The notes below the pieces were generated by a model, which worked only from the letters and a program-made list of their open reading frames with translations, had not been told where the DNA came from and did not search any database. Shown here piece by piece: positions 9,084 to 19,139 of a stretch of DNA of 32,000 nucleotides. The stretch comes from Methanococcus maripaludis (GTDB lineage: Archaea > AGJL01 > Methanococci > Methanococcales > Methanococcaceae): the NCBI RefSeq assembly GCF_002945325.1, contig NZ_CP026606.1:240001-272000 (forward strand). The letters run 5' to 3'. Position numbers and translations under genes: made by a program. Numbering within the stretch: the first letter of the stretch is position 1; each line of letters opens with the position of its first letter.

Positions 9084-9105
9084 AAAACAGGGATAACACT
9101 GTTTT
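9084..9105. repeat. Perfect 7-bp inverted repeat AAAACAG-N8-CTGTTTT
   Basis: Read directly in the intergenic region upstream of the 9295 gene. Confidence 0.7.
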
Positions 9106-9294
9106 TCAGGCCATTTTCAAAAAACATTATTACATTATTAAAAAGTGATTTATAGTTTAAAAAACATCATAGAATCTGAAATTTTGAACAAAGATCGATT
9201 TAATATTTTTAAGTCCTGTTTTATCCAAAACTCTTGAAAAAGTATTTAATGAAAGAAATCCATACTCTATAAATTAAATTAGGAACTGAAAAAC

Positions 9295-9831
9295 ATGGTA
9301 TCCCAAGACGACATACTTTACGAATTTTACAATAACGATGGAATACTTTCTACAGAACAACTTAAGGAATTATCCGGCATTTCAAAGGAGGAAAGTATAA
9401 GAAGCATTTCAAAATCTATGAATTCGTTGATTCAAAAAAAACTAATCGGAAAAGTAAAAGGCCCAAAAAACAGCACAATTTATTTTTTGACCAACCCTTA
9501 CTATTTCCTATGTGACGATAATGAAAGAATAAAACATGAAAAAACACACTGTTTAAACGTCATAAAAAAAGTCATGGAACATCATGATGAATGTAAAATC
9601 TTTGAAAAACATGACATGATTATCCTAAAGTTTAGTGCAACATACCAGATTCGAAACCATCTAAAATTAATAAAATCAATCATAGAAATGTTTGGAAATT
9701 GTTTAAAATATGTTTTACACGACAATTACATACTTGTAACGGGTAAAACCCATCTTGAAATTGACATGTTTAATATAAACCATTTTTTAAAAGAAGAAAA
9801 AGAAATAAACTTTAAAAATACCATAAAATAA
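9295..9831 (+). CDS. Hypothetical protein with N-terminal helix-turn-helix-like segment
   Basis: 178 aa; GILSTEQLKELSGISKEESIRSISKSMNSLIQKKLIGKVKG resembles a winged-helix DNA-binding region. Confidence 0.55.
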   Translation: MVSQDDILYEFYNNDGILSTEQLKELSGISKEESIRSISKSMNSLIQKKLIGKVKGPKNSTIYFLTNPYYFLCDDNERIKHEKTHCLNVIKKVMEHHDECKIFEKHDMIILKFSATYQIRNHLKLIKSIIEMFGNCLKYVLHDNYILVTGKTHLEIDMFNINHFLKEEKEINFKNTIK

Positions 9832-9843
9832 AATTAAATAAAG

Positions 9844-10269
9844 TTAGATGCCGTATATATCATCTGCATCTAAAACTTCAGTATCGTGCTCTTTTAATAC
9901 ATCAATTCCTTTTTGAATATCTTCAGTTCTTAAAACTGCTAAAGCTTTGTCATTCATTGAAAATGCATATACATAATCAATGCTGATATTTTCTTTTGAG
10001 AGTATATTAATAGTTTTTGAAAGAGATCCAATCTTATTTGGGATACATATACATAAAACATCCGTTAAACTTACTGAAAACCTATTTTCTTTTAAAATTT
10101 TTAATGCAAGATCCGGATTTGAAACAACCATTCTTAATATTCCGTAATCTGATGTGTCTGCAACACTCAGTGCAGAAATATTTATTCCTGCTTTTTCGAG
10201 TATTTCAGTTACCTCATTTAGTCTTCCGGATTTATTTTCTAAAAATACTGATAATTGTTTGATAATCAT
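9844..10269 (-). CDS. ACT-domain protein (two ACT-like repeats)
   Basis: IIKQLSVFLENKSGRLNEVTEILEKAGINI and IPNKIGSLSKTINILSKENISIDYVYAF, both typical ACT motifs. Start trimmed to MIIKQL with GAGGGGCC RBS. Confidence 0.85.
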   Translation of the reverse strand: MIIKQLSVFLENKSGRLNEVTEILEKAGINISALSVADTSDYGILRMVVSNPDLALKILKENRFSVSLTDVLCICIPNKIGSLSKTINILSKENISIDYVYAFSMNDKALAVLRTEDIQKGIDVLKEHDTEVLDADDIYGI

Positions 10270-10282
10270 ATTGGCCCCTCCA

Positions 10283-11581
10283 TTATAGTTTTCTTTTATC
10301 AATTACCCTTTTGGATTTTCCTTCACTTCTTTCAATAGTTTTTGGCTCTACAAGTTTAATTTTAACACTTATTCCAAGAGTACTTTCGATTTTATGTTTG
10401 ATTTTTTTACTTAACTGTTCAAACATACTGATTTTGTCTGAGAAGAACTGGTCTTCGATTTCAACCCAAACTTCAAGAACATCTAAATTATTTATTCTAT
10501 CCACTATTAATAAATAGTGAGGCTTTGTTTCACTCATTTCTAAAAGGACACTTTCTATTTGTGATGGGAATACGTTAACCCCCCTTATAATTAACATGTC
10601 GTCGCTTCTTCCAGTGCACTTGTTCATTCTAACAAGGGTTCTTCCGCATTTACATTTTTCGTAATTTAAGGAGGTTAAATCTCTTGTCCTGTATCTTAAA
10701 AGAGGCATTCCTTCTTTTGTGATCGTTGTAAATACAAGTTCCCCTTCACTTCCTGCAGGAAGTGGTTTTAATGTAACTGGATCAATAATTTCTGGAACGA
10801 AATGATCTTCATTTATGTGCAATCCGTCCTGATATTCACAGTCGCACGCTACACCTGGACCCATTACTTCACTAAGCCCGTATATATCCATTGCTTTTAT
10901 TCCAAGTTTATTTTCAATTTCTTTTCTCATGCTTGGAGTCCAAGGTTCTGCACCAAAAATTCCAACCCTTAAATTAATATCGTCAGCAGTCATTCCAGCA
11001 TCTTCGAGTGTTTCTGCTAAATAAAGGGCATATGAAGGCGTACATGCAAGAACAGTTGTTTTAAAATCAGCCATTAATTGAAGCTGTTTTTGAGTATTTC
11101 CGCCCGAAATTGGAATTACTGTTGCACCTAATTTTTCACCACCATAATGCAGTCCAAGACCGCCGGTAAAAAGACCATATCCATAAGCAATCTGGATGAA
11201 ATCATCTCTTGAAGCTCCAGCACAGCTTAATGCTCTTGCAACTATTTCAGACCACATTGCAATATCTCTTCTCGTGTATCCTACAACAGTTGGCTTTCCA
11301 GTCGTTCCAGAAGATGCGTGAACCCTTACAATTTCGCCCATGGGCACTGAAAATATTCCAAATGGATAATTGTCTCGTAAATCCTGTTTTGTTGTAAATG
11401 GGAGTTTTGAAAGGTCATCGATACTTTCAATATCTTCTGGATAAACGCCCATACTTTGCATTTTTTTCCTGTAAAATGGAACATTGTGGTAAACACGACT
11501 AACTGTATCAGAAAGCCTTTTACTTTGAAGTTCCCTCATCTCTTCTCGATCCATGCATTCAATAGTTTCATTCCATATCAT
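10283..11581 (-). CDS. paaK: Phenylacetate-CoA ligase family acyl/aryl-CoA ligase
   Basis: [48 protein letters not shown]-like region, C-terminal AMP-binding features. Confidence 0.9.
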   Translation of the reverse strand: MIWNETIECMDREEMRELQSKRLSDTVSRVYHNVPFYRKKMQSMGVYPEDIESIDDLSKLPFTTKQDLRDNYPFGIFSVPMGEIVRVHASSGTTGKPTVVGYTRRDIAMWSEIVARALSCAGASRDDFIQIAYGYGLFTGGLGLHYGGEKLGATVIPISGGNTQKQLQLMADFKTTVLACTPSYALYLAETLEDAGMTADDINLRVGIFGAEPWTPSMRKEIENKLGIKAMDIYGLSEVMGPGVACDCEYQDGLHINEDHFVPEIIDPVTLKPLPAGSEGELVFTTITKEGMPLLRYRTRDLTSLNYEKCKCGRTLVRMNKCTGRSDDMLIIRGVNVFPSQIESVLLEMSETKPHYLLIVDRINNLDVLEVWVEIEDQFFSDKISMFEQLSKKIKHKIESTLGISVKIKLVEPKTIERSEGKSKRVIDKRKL

Positions 11582-11591
11582 GATATCCCTT

Positions 11592-12158
11592 CTATTCTAA
11601 ATTGTAACCCATTTCAAAAGCTTTCAAGTTCAATTCCAGAAATTTTTCAGGAACTGTGTCTTTTATAGCTTTTATCCATTCTTCTTTTTTAATGTTGCTG
11701 TTTTTTGCGAGAACTCCGATTAAAGCAACGTTTACTGCTTTTAGTGTTCCTGCTTTTTTTGCAATTGATAGTGCATCTACTGGAATATACCCAATGTTTA
11801 ATTCTTCAAATTTTTCACTTAAATCAGAAGGATATTTCATATTTCCAGTGATTACGGGCATTGGATCTATTTTTTGAGTGTTTACTACCAATTTTCCATT
11901 TTCTTTTAAGTAATCCACATATCTTGCACCTTCGAGCATTTCAAAAGCCAAAACAATATCTGCAGTTCCTTTTTCAACTACTGGGGAATAAACTTTTTCA
12001 CCAAATTTAACGTATGCAACGACGCTACCGCCTCTTTGAGACATTCCATGAACTTCTGAAACTTTAACGTCTTTTCCGAGATTTTGTGCAAGTGTTCCTA
12101 ATATTTTAGAAGCTAAAACTGCACCCTGTCCACCAACTGCTGCGATGACGATATTCAT
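11592..12158 (-). CDS. iorB: Indolepyruvate ferredoxin oxidoreductase, beta subunit
   Basis: [21 protein letters not shown]...[21 protein letters not shown], typical gamma-type OFOR subunit domain. Confidence 0.95.
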   Translation of the reverse strand: MNIVIAAVGGQGAVLASKILGTLAQNLGKDVKVSEVHGMSQRGGSVVAYVKFGEKVYSPVVEKGTADIVLAFEMLEGARYVDYLKENGKLVVNTQKIDPMPVITGNMKYPSDLSEKFEELNIGYIPVDALSIAKKAGTLKAVNVALIGVLAKNSNIKKEEWIKAIKDTVPEKFLELNLKAFEMGYNLE

Positions 12159-13894
12159 TATTTTACCACCTCAACTATTGCTGAAAATTTACACAAGTCT
12201 TTGCAAAGCCCGCATCCAACACACAAAGAATCATTTATTTTTGCAACTTTTCCATCAAATGAAATTGCAGGACACCCTGCTTTTAAACATAGTTTACAAC
12301 CTGTGCAGAGTTCAGGATCTATTTTATAATCTTTAAAATCAAATTTAACCCCTTTTATCAATACACATGGCCTTTTTGTGATAATTAAAGAAGGTTCTTC
12401 AGCATTTACTTCTTCTTTTATCGTTTCTTCGAGTGCTTTTAAATCGTACGCGTCAACTACGCGAATTCTATTTATTCCAATTGATCTTCCAAGTGCTTCA
12501 AAATCAATCTGATTGGTACTTTCCCCAGAGAGTGTTTTTCCGGTTGAAGGGTTTTCCTGATGTCCCGTCATTGCAGTAATTGAATTATCTAAAATTATAA
12601 CCGTACTGTGTCCTTTATTGTACACAATATCGATTAATCCAGTAACGCCTGAATGCCAGAACGTAGAATCCCCGATAACTGCAACGGACTTTTTAGCAAA
12701 ATCTTTTCCCCTTGCCATTTCAAATCCGTGTGCCATTCCAATACTTGCACCCATGCAGATTGTAGTATCGATTGCATTTAATGGTTCAAACCCTCCAAGG
12801 GTGTAGCAACCAATATCTCCTGCAACATGGAGTTTTAATTTTTTAAGAACGTAAAATGGACCCCTGTGGTGGCATCCTGGACACAAAACAGGTGGTCTTT
12901 GAGGCAATCCTTCAATTTTTTCAATAACAATTTTTGATTCGTTTAAAAGCGCATTTCTAATTATTTCACTGCTCAATTCACCAACTACTGGGAAAATTTC
13001 TTTTCCAATTACGTTTAATCCTATTGATCGAATTTTTTGTTCAAAAATAGGTTCCAATTCTTCAAATACGTAAACTTTATCGCAATTTTGAACGAATTCT
13101 TTAATTTTTTCTTCAGGAAGTGGATAGCTCATTCCAAATTTCAAAAAAGATGCATCAGAAACTGCTTCTTTTGCGTAATTGTAAGCAACCCCACTTGTAA
13201 TAATTCCAATTTTTTTATTCGTATATTCAATTTTGTTTATATCAGATGAATCTGCGAAATTGGAAAGCTCATTTAATCTTTCTTCAATGAAAATTCTCCT
13301 TTTTTTAGCATTCGCAGGTGCGGATACGTATTTTGAAGGGTTGTAGTCGTATAGTTTTAATTCAATTTTTTCTTTTTCTTCCAATTCAACCAAACTTTGG
13401 GAGTGGGATACTCGGGTACTGAGCCTCAATATTACCGGCGTATCAAATTTTTCACTGATTTCAAGACCCAATTTTACAAAATCCTTACATTCCTGGCTGT
13501 CTGAAGGTTCCAAAACAGGTATCTTTGCAAACATTCCATAATACCTTGTATCCTGCTCATTTTGAGAACTGTGCATACTTGGATCATCTGCAACAATTAT
13601 CAAAAGTCCTGCATTAATTCCAGTATACGCAACAGTCATTAATGGGTCTGCTGCAACGTTTAAACCTACGTGTTTCATTGACACTACGGTTCTAGCACCT
13701 GCAATTGCTGAACCAATAGCCACTTCAAGAGCAACTTTTTCATTTACTGACCATTCCGAGTTAATTTCAGGATATTTTACAATATGCTCTGTTATTTCAG
13801 TACTCGGTGTTCCAGGATATGCAGTTGCCACAAGAACTCCTGCTTCGTAAGCGCCTCTTGCTACTGCTTCATTTCCAAGCATTAATTTTTTCAT
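12158..13894 (-). CDS. iorA: Indolepyruvate ferredoxin oxidoreductase, alpha subunit
   Basis: GNEAVARGAYEAGVLVATAYPGTPSTEI, TPP domain GDIGCYTLG...GDSTFWHSGVTGLIDIVYN, C-terminal CTGCKLCLKAGCP and CVGCGLCKDLC. RBS GAGAGGT. Confidence 0.97.
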   Translation of the reverse strand: MKKLMLGNEAVARGAYEAGVLVATAYPGTPSTEITEHIVKYPEINSEWSVNEKVALEVAIGSAIAGARTVVSMKHVGLNVAADPLMTVAYTGINAGLLIIVADDPSMHSSQNEQDTRYYGMFAKIPVLEPSDSQECKDFVKLGLEISEKFDTPVILRLSTRVSHSQSLVELEEKEKIELKLYDYNPSKYVSAPANAKKRRIFIEERLNELSNFADSSDINKIEYTNKKIGIITSGVAYNYAKEAVSDASFLKFGMSYPLPEEKIKEFVQNCDKVYVFEELEPIFEQKIRSIGLNVIGKEIFPVVGELSSEIIRNALLNESKIVIEKIEGLPQRPPVLCPGCHHRGPFYVLKKLKLHVAGDIGCYTLGGFEPLNAIDTTICMGASIGMAHGFEMARGKDFAKKSVAVIGDSTFWHSGVTGLIDIVYNKGHSTVIILDNSITAMTGHQENPSTGKTLSGESTNQIDFEALGRSIGINRIRVVDAYDLKALEETIKEEVNAEEPSLIITKRPCVLIKGVKFDFKDYKIDPELCTGCKLCLKAGCPAISFDGKVAKINDSLCVGCGLCKDLCKFSAIVEVVK

Positions 13895-13964
13895 AATTAA
13901 CCTCTCAAATGAATAATTGATGAAATATTTTTTGATAATTTTTCCGAAAATAAAACGTTATCCC

Positions 13965-13993
13965 GATTTGATATATTCAAGCGATATCAAATC
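13965..13993. repeat. Perfect 10-bp inverted repeat GATTTGATAT-N9-ATATCAAATC
   Basis: Read directly; centred about 85 bp upstream of the iorA start codon. Confidence 0.85.
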
Positions 13994-14005
13994 TTTTCCG
14001 GTTTG

Positions 14006-14035
14006 AATATGCAAAGACTGTTATTTATGCATATT
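14006..14035. repeat. Perfect 8-bp inverted repeat AATATGCA-N14-TGCATATT
   Basis: Read directly; 12 nt beyond the previous inverted repeat. Confidence 0.85.
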
Positions 14036-14175
14036 GTAAATTGTTAAAATAAAAAAGCATTATCGCGTTGAAATAATATGATTTAAACGTTTGAAAAAAA
14101 GAAATTCTGGATAAATATCCAGTTAATTCAAATATGAACCCCTATTTCTTAAATTACCCTTCCGATTATTCGAGC

Positions 14176-14213
14176 AATTGATGAAAGTATCCCTAAATTT
14201 GGGACAATCAATT
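14176..14213. repeat. Nested inverted repeat AATTGAT...(TCCC TAAATTT GGGA)...ATCAATT
   Basis: Outer 7-bp arms 14176-14182 and 14207-14213; inner TCCC/GGGA arms 14190-14204. Confidence 0.75.
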
Positions 14214-14321
14214 ATTTTTGATTTAATCAATATATATTAATTATTAATTGATTTTTTTGGATATTTTCATATCAAAACTTAACAAAAAACTGAAAAAACG
14301 GAGTTTAATATTTTTCAATGA

Positions 14322-15380
14322 TTAAATCCACCTTTTTCGCCTGAAAAACATAACCATTGAAGTTAATACAAGCCCCATTACAATAAGAACATAAAAATAT
14401 CCAAAAGACCACTTTAATTCAGGCATATTTTCAAAATTCATTCCATAAAGCCCTGCAACGAATGAAAGCGGGATAAATATTGTGGAAATTATTGTAAGTA
14501 CTTTCATAATCTCGTTCATGTTGTTGCTCATCACGGAAAGGTGTATTTCTGCAATGTTTGACGTATTATCCTTTAAAATATCGATTGTTTCGATTAAGTG
14601 AACCGTGTGGTCATATAGGTCGTGAATGTATATTAAATTGCTTTTTTCAATAAATTCATACTCATCTCTGCTGAATTTATGAAATATTTCTTTAAATGGT
14701 CCGATATTTTTTCTTAAAGCTACCAATATTTGTCTTATCTGCTTTACATGGATAATTTCTTCATTTTCGATATCTGAAAACAATTTTGAATCATATCTCT
14801 CAATTTCATCTTCAATCGGTGAAATTATTGCAAAATAATGGTCAATTATTGAATCAAGCACTGCATAAAATAAATAATCCAGTTTTTTTTCACGGATAGA
14901 CCCGCTTTTGTTTGATATTCGATTAATCAAACTCTCAAGGATAGTTATGTCGTGTTCAAAAAAAGTGATTAAAACATTGTTTTTTAAAATTATACTGAGC
15001 TGTTCTGATTCAAGATGTACTGTATCAACTTTCTGGTGGATTATCCTTGTTACGAGATACTTATATTTCTCGTAGACCTCAAATTTAGTTCTCTGACTGG
15101 TATTCAATATATCTTCAAGAGTTAATTTGTGAAGTTCATATCTTTCACCAATCAACCTCATTTCTTCAGCAGTTGGAATCCCCGAAAATATGATCCAATT
15201 TACACATAAATCATCAATAATTATTTCATCGAGACTTTTTACCTGCTTTTTTAAAAAATTATCGGCATTATAACTAATAAATATTATTTCAGTCTCTTTT
15301 AACTCCATTTCACCAGTATATACCAAATCTCCAGGAGGCAGTCCTGCTTTTTTTGAATATCTGCTTCCAATTTTTCTCAT
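14322..15380 (-). CDS. corA: Magnesium/cobalt transport protein CorA
   Basis: SKKAGLPPGDLVYTGE N-terminus; C-terminal FIPLSFVAGLYGMNFENMPEL contains the GMN signature. Confidence 0.95.
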   Translation of the reverse strand: MRKIGSRYSKKAGLPPGDLVYTGEMELKETEIIFISYNADNFLKKQVKSLDEIIIDDLCVNWIIFSGIPTAEEMRLIGERYELHKLTLEDILNTSQRTKFEVYEKYKYLVTRIIHQKVDTVHLESEQLSIILKNNVLITFFEHDITILESLINRISNKSGSIREKKLDYLFYAVLDSIIDHYFAIISPIEDEIERYDSKLFSDIENEEIIHVKQIRQILVALRKNIGPFKEIFHKFSRDEYEFIEKSNLIYIHDLYDHTVHLIETIDILKDNTSNIAEIHLSVMSNNMNEIMKVLTIISTIFIPLSFVAGLYGMNFENMPELKWSFGYFYVLIVMGLVLTSMVMFFRRKRWI

Positions 15381-15389
15381 ACTACCACC

Positions 15390-18170
15390 TTATGTAGAAA
15401 TTTCAGTTAAAACTGTTGCATGTTTGCCGGATTTTTTATGTCTTTTATATACTTTCAAAAGTTCATGCGCTCCCAAAAATACAAATGATGCCAACAACAC
15501 GTAAGCCCAGTCGACAAGCCCCATCGGTGCAAAACCAATCATTTTGTTTATCGGCGAAACGTATATCGCGGTAAGCGTAAATACTATGGAAATTAGTATC
15601 GAATAAATCATATTCATGTTTGTAAAGAGTGTTCTGCTAAATAAGGTTTCGTAAGAGTATCTTCGTGAAAGAATATTCATAAACTGGCAGAATGCAATTG
15701 TAGAATAGCTTATCGTAGTTGCAAGAGGGTATACTCCGGCAATTTGCGTCAATTCAAGGTCATTTCTAAAAATAAATAGTCCAAAGTTTAAAAATGCTAA
15801 AAAACCCATTAAAAATCCAAAAAACAAGATTTCTGAGATTGCATATTTATTTAAAACGTGTTCTTCTTTTCTCCGAGGTGGTGCATTCATTATATCTCTT
15901 GATGCAGGATCGAAAGTTAATGCAGTTAACGGTAAAATTTCTGCAAGAAGGTCGATTGCAAGTATCTGAATCGTTAATATGGGCATTGGCCAGCCCATAT
16001 ATGCAACAGCAAGTAAACCAATTAAAACTATTGTCAATTCTCCCCCATTACTTGTAAGAGATGCAATAATCGTTTTTGTAAGATTATTATAGATTGTACG
16101 CCCTTCCCGAATTGCATAAACTAACGTTGTAAAACTGTCATCGAGTAAAATAAGTTCAGATGCTTCTTTTGATACGTCCGTACCAATTTTTCCCATTGCA
16201 ACCCCAATATGGGAACTTTTAAGAGCTGGAGCATCATTTACCCCATCGCCAGTTACTGCAACAATTTGACCCTGTTCTTTTAGTGTTTTTACGATCCTAA
16301 GTTTGTTTTCAGGCGAAGTTCTCGAAAATATCAGTGCATCATTTTCAGCCATGTTTTGTTTTAACTCATCATCAGGCATTGAATCGAGTTCTTTTCCAGT
16401 TATAACTTTTACTTCCCTCCCGCCGTCTGCTAAAAAAATCTGTTTTCCAACAGCCTGTGCAGTTATAGCGTGATCTCCGGTCATAATATATGTTTTTATA
16501 TGTGCTTCGTGTGCTTTTTTTATTGCATCTTTCACACCCTCTTTTGGAGGATCACTCATTGCCATTAAACCTAAAAAAACCATGTCTTTTTCAGTGTTTT
16601 CAACAGAATATTCTCCCCCATTGTTTTCCAATTCCCGATATGCGAATGCAAGAACCCTCATTGCTTTTTTTGAATACTGGATATTTAATTCGTTTAACAT
16701 TTCAATATCTTCTTTTTTTAATTCAACAACTTTTCCATCCTTATAAATATATTTACTAACTGAAAGAACACTATCAAGTGCTCCTTTCATCATTAACATC
16801 TTTTTATCATTAAAAAGCCTAATAGAACTCATTCTTTTTCGAACAGAATCAAAACTAAACTCCTGAATTTTAGGATATTTTTCATCTTCATTTAGCGACA
16901 TTATATTTAATTTTCTAGCCGCCGTTATCAGAGCAGCTTCGGTCGGGTCTCCAATTGGGTACCATCCATAGTGATTTTCGTCAGGCTCGTGAATTTTTGC
17001 ATTTGAAGCCATTGTAGCCGTATTGAATATTAATTCGATATTTGAAAAACCTGATTCGTCCAACTCATTTTTCGATGCATCAAGAATCGTACCTTTTGGT
17101 TCATATCCGACACCTGTTATTTCATACTCTTTTCCATCAAACCAGATGCTTCTAACAGTTATTTCATTTTTGGTTAATGTTCCGGTTTTATCAGTTGTAA
17201 TTACGTTTGTCGAACCGAGTGTTTCAACTGCTGAGAGTTTTTTTATTACTGCATTTTTCTTTGCAAGTTTAGAAACTCCGTTTGCAAGAGCCACCGTTAT
17301 CTGCATGGGAAGGGCCTGCGGAACTATCGCAACTGCAATTCCAAGTCCGTAAATTAAACCAAATTTTAACCCCAAACCTTGATTTAAACTTATTAAAAAA
17401 AGTATTGATGCAATAACTACTGCAAAAATGGTAATTTTGTTTGCAATATTGCTGAGTTCTACCTGTAACGGTGATTTTGCAAGTTTTTCTTCCCGCGTGA
17501 GGTTTGCAATTCTTCCAAGTTCAGTAGCCATCCCTGTTGCCACAACAACTCCTTTAGCATTTCCTGTAGCAATATTTGTACCCAAGTAAACCATATTTGT
17601 ACGATCTGCAACCCCTACTTCAGAATCAAGCGCCTCAGTATCTTTTTCCTGGGGCATTGATTCACCAGTAAGTGAAAAATCATTTGTACTTAAATTATAA
17701 GATTCAATAAGCCTGATGTCAGCAGGTACTTTGTCGCCTTCGTCAAGATGTACAATATCTCCGACAACCAGCAACCCTTGCGAAATTTCTTTTAATTCTC
17801 CGTCACGGTAAACTTTTGAAGGGGATTGTATAAGTTTTTTTAAAGAATCCATGATATTTTCAGCCTTATTTTCTTGATAATACCCAATTACTGCATTTAT
17901 TATCACAATTAATGCCATTATTGTTCCATCACGGTAATTACCAATTAAAAAAGAAACTGCCGATGCAAAAATTAAAACTGCTGCAAAAACGTCTTTAAAC
18001 TGAAATAAAAATTTTAACCATTTTGGAAGCCTAATTTCTGCATTTAATTCATTTTTTCCAAAAGTATTCAGCCGATTTTCAGCTTCTACGTTAGAAAGTC
18101 CTGATTTTTCAGTATCTAATTTTTTAAATACCTCTGAAATAGGCATTAAATAATAATTGGTATCTAGCAT
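15390..18170 (-). CDS. Cation-transporting P-type ATPase, substrate uncertain
   Basis: 926 aa; VITTDKTGTLTKNE phosphorylation motif, SLTGES, VAVTGDGVNDAPALKSSHIGVAMG; M4 PQALP and M6 IDLLAEILP are atypical. Confidence 0.93.
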   Translation of the reverse strand: MLDTNYYLMPISEVFKKLDTEKSGLSNVEAENRLNTFGKNELNAEIRLPKWLKFLFQFKDVFAAVLIFASAVSFLIGNYRDGTIMALIVIINAVIGYYQENKAENIMDSLKKLIQSPSKVYRDGELKEISQGLLVVGDIVHLDEGDKVPADIRLIESYNLSTNDFSLTGESMPQEKDTEALDSEVGVADRTNMVYLGTNIATGNAKGVVVATGMATELGRIANLTREEKLAKSPLQVELSNIANKITIFAVVIASILFLISLNQGLGLKFGLIYGLGIAVAIVPQALPMQITVALANGVSKLAKKNAVIKKLSAVETLGSTNVITTDKTGTLTKNEITVRSIWFDGKEYEITGVGYEPKGTILDASKNELDESGFSNIELIFNTATMASNAKIHEPDENHYGWYPIGDPTEAALITAARKLNIMSLNEDEKYPKIQEFSFDSVRKRMSSIRLFNDKKMLMMKGALDSVLSVSKYIYKDGKVVELKKEDIEMLNELNIQYSKKAMRVLAFAYRELENNGGEYSVENTEKDMVFLGLMAMSDPPKEGVKDAIKKAHEAHIKTYIMTGDHAITAQAVGKQIFLADGGREVKVITGKELDSMPDDELKQNMAENDALIFSRTSPENKLRIVKTLKEQGQIVAVTGDGVNDAPALKSSHIGVAMGKIGTDVSKEASELILLDDSFTTLVYAIREGRTIYNNLTKTIIASLTSNGGELTIVLIGLLAVAYMGWPMPILTIQILAIDLLAEILPLTALTFDPASRDIMNAPPRRKEEHVLNKYAISEILFFGFLMGFLAFLNFGLFIFRNDLELTQIAGVYPLATTISYSTIAFCQFMNILSRRYSYETLFSRTLFTNMNMIYSILISIVFTLTAIYVSPINKMIGFAPMGLVDWAYVLLASFVFLGAHELLKVYKRHKKSGKHATVLTEIST

Positions 18171-18326
18171 CCCCTCCCCCCGGCAAAATACCCATTTTTA
18201 AATCATCGTTAAAATATTTTCATGCTTTTACATCTTAATTTATGTAAATACATTAATTTAAAGATTATCAAAATAGAATTTTAAATTTATATTATTAAAA
18301 CGTTAAAAAAGAAGAAAAATTCTAAG

Positions 18327-18923
18327 TTATTCAAGTGAAAATTCAATGGTTACTTCCTGATCTACTAATCGTAAGTAGTACTGTCCGGCACCAGTTCCTG
18401 CAGACATTTGGAAATCGAAAGAGTCGCTACCTAAAGGGGCAGTGATTTCAAAACAGTTCGATTCCATGCTTACATTTTCACCATTAATTGTGCAGACGTA
18501 GTCTGATTTCATTCTAAGGATGATATTTGATGCAGTGAAGTTTGTCCATGTCTCATTTAATGGAACTTTTACAATTGTACCATCAGCATAGTTTTTAATC
18601 AAGTTTGGTTTTACATTGTCCAGTGAATAAGTTACTACAGTATTATCTGTAGTATTGGTGTATGTCGCATTAAATTCATTATTGGTTACCGCAGCATTTG
18701 GGTTGATATTAATTATACCAGTAGTAAGCTTTACCAGTGCTTTATCAATTGATGTAGCGCCAAAATCTGGTGTAAATCCGCAGTAAGAACTTTCCTGAAC
18801 ATCGTTAACAGTGGTAGTCTCAAAAGCACCTTTTGAAAGATCTAATGCAACGTAAGAACCAGAGACTAAAACTGCCAGTACTAAAATAACCATCTCTATG
18901 GATAATTGTCCCCGATTGGACAT
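18327..18923 (-). CDS. Class III signal peptide-containing pilin-like protein
   Basis: MSNRGQLSIEMVILVLAVLVSGSYVAL: G followed by Q-x-S-x-E then a hydrophobic stretch, as in archaeal type IV pilins. Start placed at MSNRG using GGTGATTAAAATG. Confidence 0.85.
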   Translation of the reverse strand: MSNRGQLSIEMVILVLAVLVSGSYVALDLSKGAFETTTVNDVQESSYCGFTPDFGATSIDKALVKLTTGIININPNAAVTNNEFNATYTNTTDNTVVTYSLDNVKPNLIKNYADGTIVKVPLNETWTNFTASNIILRMKSDYVCTINGENVSMESNCFEITAPLGSDSFDFQMSAGTGAGQYYLRLVDQEVTIEFSLE

Positions 18924-19139
18924 TTTAATCACCGCCGTTGAAAGTATATGTAGATTATATGGGTATATTCATTTATGTGTTTAAAATATGTCTATTCAAT
19001 AATATTAATCTTACGTATTAGTTGTATCAATTTAATAAAACCTTTAAAATTGGACTAATTAAAAAATAGATTTAAAATTTGAACTTCAAACTAAAAATTT
19101 GAAAAATGTAAACTTTATTTTGAAAATAATATAATTAAA

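Noticed and set aside
10283-11581. Interpretation of paaK as part of phenylacetate catabolism
   Set aside because: No paa degradation genes are present and methanogens are autotrophic; the link with iorAB fits aryl-acid assimilation for amino acid biosynthesis.
19078-19090. Short palindrome TTTGAACTTCAAA downstream of tRNA-Arg
   Set aside because: Six-bp arms in AT-rich DNA are too short to support a functional claim without comparative data.
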